Positions 38,588 through 48,641 of a stretch of 64,000 nt of DNA are shown here, piece after piece (positions within the stretch are counted from its first letter, which is position 1; every line of letters begins with the position of its first letter). The notes below the pieces were generated by a model. That model was given only the letters and a program-made list of their open reading frames with translations, was not told where the DNA came from and did no database searches. Origin of the DNA: Longimicrobiales bacterium (GTDB taxonomy: Bacteria > Gemmatimonadota > Gemmatimonadetes > Longimicrobiales > Gaopeijiaceae); NCBI GenBank assembly GCA_965202985.1, contig CBDBCF010000001.1, positions 2,816,001-2,880,000 of the forward strand. Direction: 5' to 3'. The position numbers and the translations under genes are program-made.

Positions 38588-39145
38588 ATGACGAAGCTCT
38601 CGGACGCCGAACTGGTCGCGTTGGCGAGGTCCGGCGACGGAGACGCCTTCGGGGAGTTGGTCCGGCGATACCAGCGGCCGGCCTACTCCGTGGCCCTGGC
38701 CATCACGGGAAGCCATCACGATGCGGAAGACGTCGCGCAGGAGTCGTTCATCGTCGCCTTGGAGCGGCTGGACGAGTGCCGGAACCCGGACCGGTTCGCC
38801 GGCTGGCTGCTTTCGGCCGTCAGGAACCGGGCGCGCAACGTCGTTCGGCGCGAGAAGGTGCGGCTGGCCGGGCCGATCTCCCACGACGCAAGGGCGGACG
38901 GTCCCAGCCCGGCCCGCGCGGCCGAGATCGCGGCGTTGCGCACCAAGCTGGAGGAGGCGTTGGCGACCTTGACCGAAGTACAGCGGGAGATCGTATTGCT
39001 GCACGACCTGGAGGGGTGGAAGCACGACGAGATCGCCGAGCGGCTCTCGATTCCGGCCGGAACGGTTCGATCCCATCTGCACTTTGCAAGGAAGGCCCTG
39101 CGGGCCCAGTTGTCCGCCTGGAGAGAGGACGGAGGGGACCTGTGA
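38588..39145 (+). CDS. ECF RNA polymerase sigma factor
   Basis: DAEDVAQE, FAGWL and region 4 EIAERLSIPAGTVRSHLHFAR. Confidence 0.93.
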   Translation: MTKLSDAELVALARSGDGDAFGELVRRYQRPAYSVALAITGSHHDAEDVAQESFIVALERLDECRNPDRFAGWLLSAVRNRARNVVRREKVRLAGPISHDARADGPSPARAAEIAALRTKLEEALATLTEVQREIVLLHDLEGWKHDEIAERLSIPAGTVRSHLHFARKALRAQLSAWREDGGDL

Positions 39146-39546
39146 CCGACTTTGGCGACAAGGGTCCGTTGCGCGGCGTGGACCCCGAATGGGGCGACCC
39201 GGGCTACTGGGGCCGGTTCCATGCGTCGATCGTGGACCGGGCCGCCTTCGAGCTGGCGGCCCGCCGCCGCCGGGCGCGCGAATCGGTGCATGCGATCTTG
39301 TCCGGGTGGTCCCGGCCCTTGATCCCCTTGGCCGTGGCGGCGGCGGCGGCCGCGGCGCTGCTGGCGGTGGAAGGCGCCGGCAGGGGGGAGCTGTCCGGCC
39401 CCGAGGCGTCGACGGAGCCGCCGGCCCTAGCGCTGGAAGAAGTCCTGGCCGCCGGCGTCGGAGATGGTTCCCTGCGAGCCGTCCTGGCCGGCGAACTCCA
39501 CGCCACGCAGGCCGCCTTCATGACGGTGGTGGAGGGCAATCCATGA
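39142..39546 (+). CDS. Putative single-TM anti-sigma factor
   Basis: GTGA overlap with the sigma gene, YWGRFHASI motif and one TM helix. Confidence 0.65.
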   Translation: MTDFGDKGPLRGVDPEWGDPGYWGRFHASIVDRAAFELAARRRRARESVHAILSGWSRPLIPLAVAAAAAAALLAVEGAGRGELSGPEASTEPPALALEEVLAAGVGDGSLRAVLAGELHATQAAFMTVVEGNP

Positions 39547-40028
39547 GGGCGCCTCGACCGCGCTACCCGCGGATGGCGTCGGTGTTCCTCCTGTTGACGA
39601 CGACGGCCGCGGGGTTCTGGGCCGGCGTCGCTTGGCAGGGGCGGCGGGCCGCGCAGCCTGCCGAGGCCGACGAGGCTGCGGGCGCGCAACCGTCCGGCGG
39701 GTTGGAAGCACGAGCGGCGGAGCGCGACGCAGAGGCCGAGGGCGATCGGGAGCGGCGACGCTGGGTGATCGACGAGATCGGCCTGTCGCCCGAGACGCGA
39801 GCTGAAGCGGGCGAGATCATTCGGCACTTCCGAACCCGGATGCGGACCTTGGACCAGGAGTTTCAGGAGGCGTACCGCCCGCGTCACGCGGAGATCGTTC
39901 GACGTACCCGGGACTCCATCCGGTCGATTCTGGCGCCGGAGCAGGTGCAGGCGTACGACTCGCTGCTGACCGTCCGCTACGAGGGTCGGGGTCAACGAGG
40001 AAGTCGGGGAAGGGGAGGGAAGCGATGA
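39543..40028 (+). CDS. Periplasmic helical protein (Spy/CpxP-like)
   Basis: N-terminal TM, IGLSPE and ILAPEQ (LTxEQ-like) motifs. Confidence 0.6.
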   Translation: MRAPRPRYPRMASVFLLLTTTAAGFWAGVAWQGRRAAQPAEADEAAGAQPSGGLEARAAERDAEAEGDRERRRWVIDEIGLSPETRAEAGEIIRHFRTRMRTLDQEFQEAYRPRHAEIVRRTRDSIRSILAPEQVQAYDSLLTVRYEGRGQRGSRGRGGKR

Positions 40029-41389
40029 ACAGGTGGATCGCGTTCGCCGCAACGGGTCGCGCGATGCGAAGAAGGCCGGGGTCGGCGCCGACGTGGCGGG
40101 TCGCGCTGGTCGGGACGGCTTTGATGACGGGAGGGATGCTGCCGCAGACGGCGACCGCCCAGGAAGCGGGCGATTCGATCTCCTTGGAAGAGGCGCTCGA
40201 GCTGGCGCTGGTCCACAGTCCTGAGCTGGCCCAGCGGCAGGCGGCCCTGTCCAACGCGGACGGGACCCGGCGGAGGGCGTGGGGCTCCTTTCTTCCCAAC
40301 GTCAGCGTGGGCTCCGGGGCGTCGGTGCAGAGTCAGGACCGCTTCGACCCGAGCACGCAGCGCGTCGTGACCGGAAGCGCCGACTCCTACAACGCTTCGC
40401 TGAACGCGTCGTATCAGCTCTTTCAAGGCGGACGAAAGTTCTCGGAGCTGGATCGGAGCGACGCCCAGATGCTGGAGGCCCAAGCCCGGTTGCGGGATCA
40501 GCGCTTCGTTCTTCTCCTGCAAACGCGGACCCTCTTCGTGAACGCGCTGCGCCAGTCCGAACTGGCGACGGTGGCCGAAGCCCGAGTGGCGCGCGCGGAA
40601 GAGAGTCTCGAGATCACGCGAACCCGCGTCCGGCTGGGAACCGGGACTCGGTCGGACAGCCTGCGGACCCGCTTGGAGCTGGCCAACGCGCGCCAAGCGC
40701 TGCTGCAGGCTCGGAACCAACTGCGGTCGGCGCAGTTCGCTTTGGGACGCCAAGTCGGCGCCGCGGGACCCGCTCTGCCGCGACCGCCCGGCGACTTGGA
40801 CCCGGCGCCTCTGGCGCTGTCCGAGGAAGAGATCGTGGAGTTGGCCGAATCCGTTTCGCCGGCGGTCCTGGCCGCTGAAGCCGCCGCGTCCGTGGCGCAG
40901 TCGGCGGAAGGGAGCGCGCGCAGCTCGTACTTGCCGTCGCTCTCGGTGTCCTCGGGCTACACCTGGGCCAACCAGCAGGCGGCCCTGACCGGCGGCGCCA
41001 CGAGCTGGAACGTCCGCGTGTCGGGCAGCTACCAGCTCTTCGACGGCTTTCAGCGGTCCGCCAACCTGAGCCAGGCCTCGGAGACCCGGCGCGTGGCCCG
41101 TCTGACCGAAGAGGACGCCCGCCGCGGCGTGCGCCAAGACGTGGACGCGGCGATTCGGACGCTGGAAACCCAGGAGCAGGCCATCGCCATCGCCCGCGAG
41201 GCCGTGGCCGTGGCCGAAGAGGACCTTCGCTTGGTGCGCGAGCGGTACGCCGTGCAGATGTCCACGGTTCTGGACGTGATCACCAGCCAGGTGGCGCTGG
41301 ACCAAGCTGAAGCAGATCTGGTCTCGGCGCGGTATGACTACGTGGTAGCCAAGGCGGAACTCGAATCGATCGTGGGGAGGACGTTGTGA
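40025..41389 (+). CDS. TolC family outer-membrane efflux protein
   Basis: Signal peptide, [10 protein letters not shown] and two OEP repeats. Confidence 0.92.
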   Translation: MNRWIAFAATGRAMRRRPGSAPTWRVALVGTALMTGGMLPQTATAQEAGDSISLEEALELALVHSPELAQRQAALSNADGTRRRAWGSFLPNVSVGSGASVQSQDRFDPSTQRVVTGSADSYNASLNASYQLFQGGRKFSELDRSDAQMLEAQARLRDQRFVLLLQTRTLFVNALRQSELATVAEARVARAEESLEITRTRVRLGTGTRSDSLRTRLELANARQALLQARNQLRSAQFALGRQVGAAGPALPRPPGDLDPAPLALSEEEIVELAESVSPAVLAAEAAASVAQSAEGSARSSYLPSLSVSSGYTWANQQAALTGGATSWNVRVSGSYQLFDGFQRSANLSQASETRRVARLTEEDARRGVRQDVDAAIRTLETQEQAIAIAREAVAVAEEDLRLVRERYAVQMSTVLDVITSQVALDQAEADLVSARYDYVVAKAELESIVGRTL

Positions 41390-42132
41390 TGGACGGAAGC
41401 GGAAACGGCGCCGGCAACGGCGCAAGCGCGGACCCGGGCGTCGTCATTCGGACGCAGGACCTGCGGAAGTACTACGTGCTGGGCGCCGAGACGGTGCGGG
41501 CGGTCCGGGGCGTGGACCTGGAGATCCGGCGCGGCGAGTTCGTCGCCATCATGGGGCCGTCGGGCAGCGGAAAGTCCACCTTCATGAACCTGATCGGCTG
41601 CCTGGACACGCCCACCGACGGCGAGTACTGGCTCAACGGCCGCCGCGTGTCGGAGCTGTCGGACGACCAGCTGGCGCGGGTGCGGAACCGGGACATCGGC
41701 TTCGTGTTCCAAACCTTCAACCTGCTGCCCCGGGCCACGTCGCTTCACAACGTCGAGTTGCCGCTCATCTACGCGGGAACGCCGGCCAAGGAGCGGCGCC
41801 GGAGGGCCGAAGAGAACCTGAGACGCGTGGGGCTGGCCGACCGCATGGGACACAAGCCGCCGGAGCTGTCCGGGGGTCAGCGGCAGCGCGTCGCGATCGC
41901 TCGGGCGCTGGTCAACGCGCCGGCGCTGCTGCTGGCCGACGAGCCGACGGGGAACCTGGACTCGCAGACTTCGCGCGAGATCGTGGACATCCTTCGGCGG
42001 CTGAACGAGTCGGGCCAGACGATCCTTCTGGTGACGCACGAGCCGGACATCGCCGCCGCCGCGTCGCGCCAGGTGCACTTGCACGACGGGGTGGTGGAGC
42101 GGGACTTCCTCAACTCGGGAGCCATGAACTGA
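41389..42132 (+). CDS. MacB/LolD-type ABC transporter ATP-binding protein
   Basis: [24 protein letters not shown] and ADEPTGNLD. Confidence 0.95.
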   Translation: MDGSGNGAGNGASADPGVVIRTQDLRKYYVLGAETVRAVRGVDLEIRRGEFVAIMGPSGSGKSTFMNLIGCLDTPTDGEYWLNGRRVSELSDDQLARVRNRDIGFVFQTFNLLPRATSLHNVELPLIYAGTPAKERRRRAEENLRRVGLADRMGHKPPELSGGQRQRVAIARALVNAPALLLADEPTGNLDSQTSREIVDILRRLNESGQTILLVTHEPDIAAAASRQVHLHDGVVERDFLNSGAMN

Positions 42133-43664
42133 TGCTTGGCGGACGAACTCTCCGGGCAGGACGCGGCATGCCCGCGGCGCTGGCGCTCGTGGGCTTGGCC
42201 GTTGCCGCGTGCGGGCAAGCGCCGGAAGAAGCCGGGGTCGTGGTGCAGACGGCGCCGGTCGAGGTCCGGGACATGCGGATCACCGCCGAAGCGGCCGGCG
42301 AGCTGGAGCCGGTGCACAAGGTGGAGGTCAAGTCGAAGGCCTCCGGCGAGATCCTGCAGCTGTACGTCGATTCCGGCGACGAGGTCGAGCCCGGCGCGTT
42401 GCTGGCGCGGGTGGACCCCAGGGATGTGGAGAACGCGCACGATCAGGCGGTGGCCGACTTGGACGTGGCTCAAGCGCGCCTGTCGATCGCCCAGGCTCAG
42501 CTGTCACGGTCCCAAGAGCTGCTGGAATCGGAGGTCATCACGGCCCAGGAGTACGAACAGCGTCAGCTGGAGCACGCCAACGCCCAGGCCGCCCTGGTTC
42601 GAGCGCAGACCAACCTGGAGCTGGCCGAACTGCGCCTGACCGACGTGACGATCCGGGCACCCATGGCGGGCACGGTCCTGGAGAAGCAGGTGGAGGACGG
42701 CCAGGTGATCCAGTCCGCCACCGGCAACGTTTCGGGCGGCACGACCTTGTTCGTCATGGCGAACTTGGACGACATGCGGGTCCGCACCTTGGTGGACGAG
42801 ACCGACATGGGACCGCTTACCCCCGGGATGGTCGCGACGGTGAGCGTGGAGGCGTTCCCGGATCGGACGTTCCAGGGCCGGGTGGAGAAGATCGAGCCGC
42901 AGGCGGTCGTGCAGCAGAACGTGACGATGTTTCCGGTGATCGTGCTGCTGGACAACCGGGCCGGGTTGCTCAAGCCGGGCATGAACGCCGACGTGGAAGT
43001 GCTGGTGGACGAGCGGCCCGGCGCGCTGACGGTGCCCAACAACGCCGTGGTGGACCCTCGCGAGCTGGCGCCCGCAGCAGAGGTGCTGGGCCTGGATCCG
43101 CAGGCCGTCGCGGTGGACCGGTCGGCTTGGCCTCCGCTGATGGCGCAGGCCGCGGCCCGCAGCGGCGCGTCGGGGCCGGGAGTCGGCGGGCAGGAGGCCG
43201 TCGCGGGCCGAGGAGGTCCGGGGGCCGCGCTTGGTGGAGAGGGCATGGCGGGCATCCGGGCCCGAATCCAGTCGGGCGAGATCACCCCGGATTCGGCACG
43301 AGCGCTCTTCGCGGCGGCTCGGGGTGCGCGCGGCGGCGCCGGAGCCGGGGCTCGCGGGGGTCGGGGCGCAATGAACTTCGGGGCCGGCGGCGCAATGGCC
43401 GGTGCGGGAGCGCGGCCGGCGGCCGGCGGGTCCACGGGAGAACCCTCGTACCGGCCCGCCATCGCCTTCGTGGTCGACCAGGCCGGCGAGATTGCGGCCC
43501 GCCCGGTGGTCATCGGCCTCAGCGACTGGGACTTCGCGGAAATCCTTGCGGGCCTGGAAGAGGGCGAGGAACTGGCCCTCATTGGCGCGGCCCAGCTTCA
43601 GGCCCAGCAGCAAGAGCGCATGGAGCGGATGCGCAGCCGCATGGGCCGGCCTTTCGGGGACTGA
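42132..43664 (+). CDS. MacA-like periplasmic adaptor (membrane fusion) lipoprotein
   Basis: Lipobox VAAC, VKSKASG, IRAPMAG and LKPGM, with a Gly/Ala-rich insert. Confidence 0.92.
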   Translation: MLGGRTLRAGRGMPAALALVGLAVAACGQAPEEAGVVVQTAPVEVRDMRITAEAAGELEPVHKVEVKSKASGEILQLYVDSGDEVEPGALLARVDPRDVENAHDQAVADLDVAQARLSIAQAQLSRSQELLESEVITAQEYEQRQLEHANAQAALVRAQTNLELAELRLTDVTIRAPMAGTVLEKQVEDGQVIQSATGNVSGGTTLFVMANLDDMRVRTLVDETDMGPLTPGMVATVSVEAFPDRTFQGRVEKIEPQAVVQQNVTMFPVIVLLDNRAGLLKPGMNADVEVLVDERPGALTVPNNAVVDPRELAPAAEVLGLDPQAVAVDRSAWPPLMAQAAARSGASGPGVGGQEAVAGRGGPGAALGGEGMAGIRARIQSGEITPDSARALFAAARGARGGAGAGARGGRGAMNFGAGGAMAGAGARPAAGGSTGEPSYRPAIAFVVDQAGEIAARPVVIGLSDWDFAEILAGLEEGEELALIGAAQLQAQQQERMERMRSRMGRPFGD

Positions 43665-43665
43665 C

Positions 43666-44880
43666 GTGTTCATCGTAAAGGAGACGTTCGTGGTGGCGCT
43701 GGCGTCGATCCGCGCCAACGCGCTGCGGTCCGCACTGACCACGCTGGGCATCGTCATCGGCTCGGCGGCGGTAATCGCCATGGTGGCGCTGGGCGAAGGG
43801 GCTCAACGCCGCGTCCAAGAGCAGATCGAGAACATGGGCACCAACATCCTCACCGTCCGGCCGGGTCAGGGCTTCTTCCGCGGCGTGGCCAGCGGCAGTC
43901 GGCGGCTGGAAGAGGACGACGCCGTGGCTTTGCGCAATCAAGTCGGGGACCGGTACCAGATTGCGCCCGAGATCGAGAGTCGCCTGCAGGTGTCGTACCT
44001 CAGGTGGAACTCGTCGAACTCGGTGGTGGGGACGTGGCCGTCGTACTTCTCGGTCCACGACCACGAGATCGCCCACGGGCGGTTCTTCGACGAGGGCGAG
44101 GTGCAGGGCCGGCGCAAGGTCGCCGTGCTCGGGTCCAACGTGCCCGACGAACTGGGGACGCCTCCCGGCTTGCTCGTGGGCCGCCGCATCCAGATACGGG
44201 GCATCCCCTTCGAGGTCGTGGGCGTGCTCAAGGAGAAGGGCGGCGCGATGTGGATGCAGCCCGACGACCAAGTGTTCGTGCCGTTGTCCACGGCCATGTA
44301 CAGGGTCATGGGAGGACGCGACCGGCTGCGGTCTATCTACGTCGCCGCGCCTTCTCCCGAGCTGCTGGACCCGGCGTGGGCGGACATCGACCGGGTCGTC
44401 CGGCGCGAGCACAGGATCCTGCCCACCGAGGACGCCGACTTCAGCATCCAGCGGTCGTCGGACATCTTGGAAACGTTCGGCGAAACCCAGCAGACGTTCA
44501 ACCTGCTGCTGGCCGGAATCGCCGCCATCAGCTTGCTGGTGGGCGGGATCGGCATCATGAACATCATGCTGGTGAGCGTGACCGAGCGTACCCGCGAGAT
44601 CGGCGTTCGCAAGGCCTTGGGCGCCACCCGCAAGACGATCCTGTTCCAGTTTCTGATCGAGGCGCTGGTTCTGTGCGTGATGGGGGGCGCCCTGGGCGTT
44701 CTGACCGGCGTGGGGAGCGCCGAGGCGATCCGGCGAACAGCGGAATGGAACGCCATCGTGGCGCCCGAAGCCGTCGCCGCGGCGCTGGGCTTCTCGGCGG
44801 CGATCGGACTCTTCTTCGGAATATGGCCGGCTCGGCGCGCCTCGATCTTGGACCCGATCGACGCCCTGCGGTACGAGTAG
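43666..44880 (+). CDS. MacB-like ABC permease
   Basis: LTTLGIVIG, VGGIGIMNIMLVSVTERTREIGVRKALGA and DPIDALRYE. Confidence 0.95.
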   Translation: MFIVKETFVVALASIRANALRSALTTLGIVIGSAAVIAMVALGEGAQRRVQEQIENMGTNILTVRPGQGFFRGVASGSRRLEEDDAVALRNQVGDRYQIAPEIESRLQVSYLRWNSSNSVVGTWPSYFSVHDHEIAHGRFFDEGEVQGRRKVAVLGSNVPDELGTPPGLLVGRRIQIRGIPFEVVGVLKEKGGAMWMQPDDQVFVPLSTAMYRVMGGRDRLRSIYVAAPSPELLDPAWADIDRVVRREHRILPTEDADFSIQRSSDILETFGETQQTFNLLLAGIAAISLLVGGIGIMNIMLVSVTERTREIGVRKALGATRKTILFQFLIEALVLCVMGGALGVLTGVGSAEAIRRTAEWNAIVAPEAVAAALGFSAAIGLFFGIWPARRASILDPIDALRYE

Positions 44881-45741
44881 CTATCGCTCCCGCGGGTAGC
44901 GGATCACGACCCGCAAGCGCCGGCGCACCACGGTGAGTTCGTACGGAACCGGCGAGCCCGAGAGCGCGGCCCGTAGTTCCGTCAACGTCGCCACATCCCG
45001 CCCGGCCAGGGAGACGATGACGTCGCCCGGCCGGAACCCGGCCACGGCCGCCGGAGTCGAGGCCAGCACGTCGGTCAACAGGACGCCGGCCCCCACGCCG
45101 AAGTAGCGTCCCAGCTCGACGCCGAGGTCCCTGGCGCGGGCGCCTCCCAGGACGAATGGGCTCCCGGCCGTGCGCGGCGACGTCACACGAAACCCCATCG
45201 CCACCGGGGGGACGGTGTCGGTGTGCTGGGCCCCGGAGTCGCCCCTGCCCAGCTCGGCTTCGCCGGTGGACAGCACGCGAAGCAGAGAATCCATGGTCCG
45301 GAACAGCCGCGACTGCGCGCGCACGAAGCGGTCCGCGGCCAAGCCGGCGTCGATCGCCGGCGGACGCTGGCCGGCCACCACGGTCAAGGCGTGCTCGGCG
45401 CCGTCTCGAACCACGGTCAGCCGCAGCATCTGGCCCGGCGACAGCTCCGACGCCGCGCGCGCCAGCCCGCCGCCGGAAACCGGTGCGCCGTCCACGGCGA
45501 CGACCACGTCGCCCGGGCGCACGCCTCCGCGGTGGGCGGGGCCGCTCCGATAGACGTCGGCCACGACCACGGACTGGCCGACCGCGTCGAATCGGATCCC
45601 GACCCAACCCCGAGCCTGGGCGAACGCCGGTTCCTGAGCGGTGCCGCTGGCAGCGCACGTGGCCGCCACCGCCGCCAGAAGGGAAGGGGAGCGGAGGCGT
45701 GCGGGCCGGCGGCAGGAGCGGGCGCGGGAGCGGATCGACAT
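44881..45741 (-). CDS. Secreted tandem-PDZ domain protein
   Basis: Signal peptide, GWVGI..GPAHRGGVRPGDVVVAVDG and GVLL..TPAAVAGFRPGDVIV. No protease motif. Confidence 0.8.
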   Translation of the reverse strand: MSIRSRARSCRRPARLRSPSLLAAVAATCAASGTAQEPAFAQARGWVGIRFDAVGQSVVVADVYRSGPAHRGGVRPGDVVVAVDGAPVSGGGLARAASELSPGQMLRLTVVRDGAEHALTVVAGQRPPAIDAGLAADRFVRAQSRLFRTMDSLLRVLSTGEAELGRGDSGAQHTDTVPPVAMGFRVTSPRTAGSPFVLGGARARDLGVELGRYFGVGAGVLLTDVLASTPAAVAGFRPGDVIVSLAGRDVATLTELRAALSGSPVPYELTVVRRRLRVVIRYPRER

Positions 45742-45749
45742 CAAGCGGC

Positions 45750-46403
45750 TCAGTGCCAGCCGTCGCGGCTGATGCTGCGCAGGAGCTGCTGCCGCTCGGC
45801 CACCATCGTCGCGAGGATCTCGTTGAAGACCGGATCGGCCGGCGCCTCTTCCACGGCGGCGCGGCTGGCGGCCCAGATCGTTTCGACGGCGGCTAGGCGA
45901 GAGGCCGGATCCCGGGGGGCCGACACGGGTTCGCCCGACCCGAGAAGACGCTGGTAGTCGTCGTAGGCGGCGGCCCACGCTTCTTCTGCGCTCTGGACGG
46001 CGGCTCGGGCGTCCTCCAAGCTGGCCGGGGCCGCGTCGTCGCGCGCAACCGCGGTCGCGCCGTCGCTGGTCTGCGGCTCGGGCGCGACGCCCACGGTCCA
46101 GCCGAACGCGGTACCGCCCGTGAAGAGCACCAGCGCCGCGGCCGCCTGCACCCACTTGCGCCACGGCTGGTGCTGGCCCACCCGCTCCCGCAAGAGGCCG
46201 GCGGCCGCCAACCGCGCCCGGATCGCCTTCCAGCCGTCGGGCGGCGGCAAGACGTCCGGCAAAGCCCCCAGCGCGGCCGTCTGGGCGCGGAGCGCCTCCA
46301 GCTCGCTGCGCAGCGCAGGGTTTGCGTCCAGGGCTGCCTGCTCCTTCGGCGTCGGCGGCTCGCCGACCAGCCGCGCCAACTGTTCCAGGCTCAACCGCTC
46401 CAT
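45750..46403 (-). CDS. Putative anti-sigma factor
   Basis: Directly downstream of an ECF sigma, GGAGG RBS, one TM (QAAAALVLFTGG) and helical C-terminus. Confidence 0.65.
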   Translation of the reverse strand: MERLSLEQLARLVGEPPTPKEQAALDANPALRSELEALRAQTAALGALPDVLPPPDGWKAIRARLAAAGLLRERVGQHQPWRKWVQAAAALVLFTGGTAFGWTVGVAPEPQTSDGATAVARDDAAPASLEDARAAVQSAEEAWAAAYDDYQRLLGSGEPVSAPRDPASRLAAVETIWAASRAAVEEAPADPVFNEILATMVAERQQLLRSISRDGWH

Positions 46404-46951
46404 GCTTCTGCCTCCCTTGTTTCCAGTTCGTCTTCGTAGCCTGCGAGAAGGACGCGCATCTTCGCGCGCGCCTTGAACAGCTGGGACTTGGACGTGCCCG
46501 GAGTCACCCCCAGCGATTCGGCGATCTCCTCGTGCGTCCACTCCTCCACGTCGTGCAGGATCAACACTTGCCTCATGCCGGGAGGAAGCTGGGCCAACGC
46601 CTCCTCCAGCCTTCGCCCCAGCAGCGGGTCGCCGGTCCGGGGCGCCACGGGCACCACCTCCGGGAACGGCGCCTCCAACTTCTTCCTCTTCTGCTCCTTG
46701 CGCTGGGCTTGAATCGCAGTGTTGACCGCGATCCGGTGCAGCCACGTCGACAACCTGGATTCGCCCCGGAACCCGGGAAGCGCCCGGATCGCCCGGATCC
46801 AAGCCTCTTGGGCGTAGTCGTGCGCCAAGTCGTCGTCGCCCGCAATCCGACGCACAACGGCGTAGACGCGCGGCGCGTACCGGTCGTAAAGGGCGCGGAC
46901 CGCCCGCTCGTCGCCTTCGCACGCCTTGCGAATCAGTTCCGCTTCGATGAT
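46391..46951 (-). CDS. ECF RNA polymerase sigma factor (start codon apparently non-canonical)
   Basis: LAHDYAQEAW, FRGESRLSTWLHRIAVN and EEIAESLGVTPGTSKSQLFKAR. Confidence 0.9.
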   Translation of the reverse strand: MIEAELIRKACEGDERAVRALYDRYAPRVYAVVRRIAGDDDLAHDYAQEAWIRAIRALPGFRGESRLSTWLHRIAVNTAIQAQRKEQKRKKLEAPFPEVVPVAPRTGDPLLGRRLEEALAQLPPGMRQVLILHDVEEWTHEEIAESLGVTPGTSKSQLFKARAKMRVLLAGYEDELETREAEAWSG

Positions 46952-46991
46952 CCCAAGTCCGGTTGCCTGTGCTCGTTCCGTACCTCGATGA

Positions 46992-47018
46992 GACGCGGAC
47001 GGGGCGCGGAAAGGTTGC
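46992..47018 (-). promoter_or_regulatory. Candidate ECF-type promoter
   Basis: GCAAC-N18-CGTC on the minus strand, about 40 nt upstream of the sigma gene. Confidence 0.4.
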
Positions 47019-47049
47019 CGCAGCCGCCGGCCCGTGCAACTTATCGGTG

Positions 47050-48246
47050 ATGAACCTTCCCGGCGCGTCCCACTTGGAGTGTACCTGGACCGGACAGGTC
47101 CTCGAGTCCGAGCAGCTGGCCGGCTTGTCTCCCGCGGAGAAGCCGCTGTTCGCCCGCTACGACTTGGCGTCGCTGCGGCAGCGCTTCGCGCCCGAGGCGT
47201 TGCGGGGCAGGGAGCCCACGTTGTGGCGCTACGCCGAGGTCCTGCCCGTCCGAGACCCGGCATGTCGGATCACGCTGGGCGAGGGGTTCACGCCGTTGCT
47301 GGAGTCCGCCCGGCTGGCCCGGTCGCTGGACGTGGGCCGCTTGTGGATCAAGGACGAGGGCCAGAACCCGACGGGGTCGTTCAAGGACCGGGGGCTGTGC
47401 CTGGCCGTGTCTAGGGCGCTTGAACTGGGGGCCGAGGCCCTGGCGATCCCTTCGGCCGGGAACGCGGCAGGGGCCAGCGCCGCCTACGGAGCCCGGGCCG
47501 GACTGCCCGTGCACGTGGTGGTGCCGTCCGACACGCCGGCGCCGATCCTGGCCGAGATACGCGCTCTGGGCGCCGACTTGCAGCTCCTGGACGGCTTGAT
47601 CTCGGACTGCGCGCGGGTCGTTCGGGAAGGCTGTCGCAAGCACGGCTGGTGGGACCTCTCCACCTTGAAGGAGCCCTACCGGATCGAGGGCAAGAAGACG
47701 ATGGGCTACGAGCTCTTCGAGCAGCTGGACGGACGGTTGCCCGACGCGATCGTGTACCCCACCGGCGGCGGGACCGGCTTGGTCGGCATGTGGAAGGCGT
47801 TCGACGAGATGGAAGCGCTGGGCTGGATCGGGGCGGAACGGCCCAAGATGTTCACGGTGCAGGCGGACGGGTGCGCGCCCATGGTGCGGGCGTGGGAAGA
47901 GGGACGGGACGAAGCGGGGACGTGGGAGAACGCGGTCACGTACGCGGCGGGGCTGCGGGTTCCGGGGGCGGTGGGGGACTTCCTGATCCTGCGGGCGCTG
48001 CGCGAGTCGAAGGGAGGGGCCGTGTCGGTCGCCGACCGCGAGATGGCCAAGTGGGTGGAGACCGTGGGGCGGGCGACCGGGATCTTCGCCGCGCCAGAGG
48101 GCGGCGCGACGGCCGCGGCGGTGCCCAAGCTGCGGCGGATGGGACTGGTCGGCGCCGAAGACGAGGTGGTGCTGTTCAACACCGGCAGCGGTCTCAAGTA
48201 CGTGGGCATGTCGCCTGCGGACGAACGATCGAGCGCGGACGGGTGA
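47050..48246 (+). CDS. thrC: Threonine synthase (PLP fold type II)
   Basis: LGEGFTP, NPTGSFKDRG, SAGNA, EGKKTMGYE and PTGGG. Confidence 0.9.
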   Translation: MNLPGASHLECTWTGQVLESEQLAGLSPAEKPLFARYDLASLRQRFAPEALRGREPTLWRYAEVLPVRDPACRITLGEGFTPLLESARLARSLDVGRLWIKDEGQNPTGSFKDRGLCLAVSRALELGAEALAIPSAGNAAGASAAYGARAGLPVHVVVPSDTPAPILAEIRALGADLQLLDGLISDCARVVREGCRKHGWWDLSTLKEPYRIEGKKTMGYELFEQLDGRLPDAIVYPTGGGTGLVGMWKAFDEMEALGWIGAERPKMFTVQADGCAPMVRAWEEGRDEAGTWENAVTYAAGLRVPGAVGDFLILRALRESKGGAVSVADREMAKWVETVGRATGIFAAPEGGATAAAVPKLRRMGLVGAEDEVVLFNTGSGLKYVGMSPADERSSADG

Positions 48247-48256
48247 GCCGCCTGCC

Positions 48257-48520
48257 GTGACGGGGGAACTGTTCGTCGGGCTGGCGGTGCTGGCCCTGGC
48301 GGCTGGTTGGATTGCGCGGCGGCGCATCGGGCGGCGGATTCGCCCGCGGCGGCCCGGCCTGTCGGACGAGGACGTGCGCCAGATCGAGGAGACCGGCGTG
48401 CTGGTGCAGACGGGGGATTCGCCGGTGGGGGGCGACGAGCCCTTGGACATGAAGGCGATCCGCGAGGAGGAGGACCGCTTCTGGTCGTCGGAGTCCTGGG
48501 ACGAGGCCGAAGAGTACTGA
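48257..48520 (+). CDS. Small membrane-anchored acidic hypothetical protein
   Basis: N-terminal TM and acidic C-terminus (EEEDRFWSSESWDEAEEY). Confidence 0.7.
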   Translation: MTGELFVGLAVLALAAGWIARRRIGRRIRPRRPGLSDEDVRQIEETGVLVQTGDSPVGGDEPLDMKAIREEEDRFWSSESWDEAEEY

Positions 48521-48641
48521 CGCGGGTCCGGCGGGCGCGTGCCCCCCGCGACCGCGTTACCTTCTTGGACCGCCTGCCGCCCGGATTCCCGCCGCTCGGA
48601 TTGCCTGGCGTCTCCCTTCGCCGACTCGAGGTCAGCCGCGC

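Noticed and set aside
35263..39141. 1427-aa ORF spanning priA to the sigma gene
   Set aside because: Off-frame shadow. Only the last 134 codons (39142-39546) look like a real gene.
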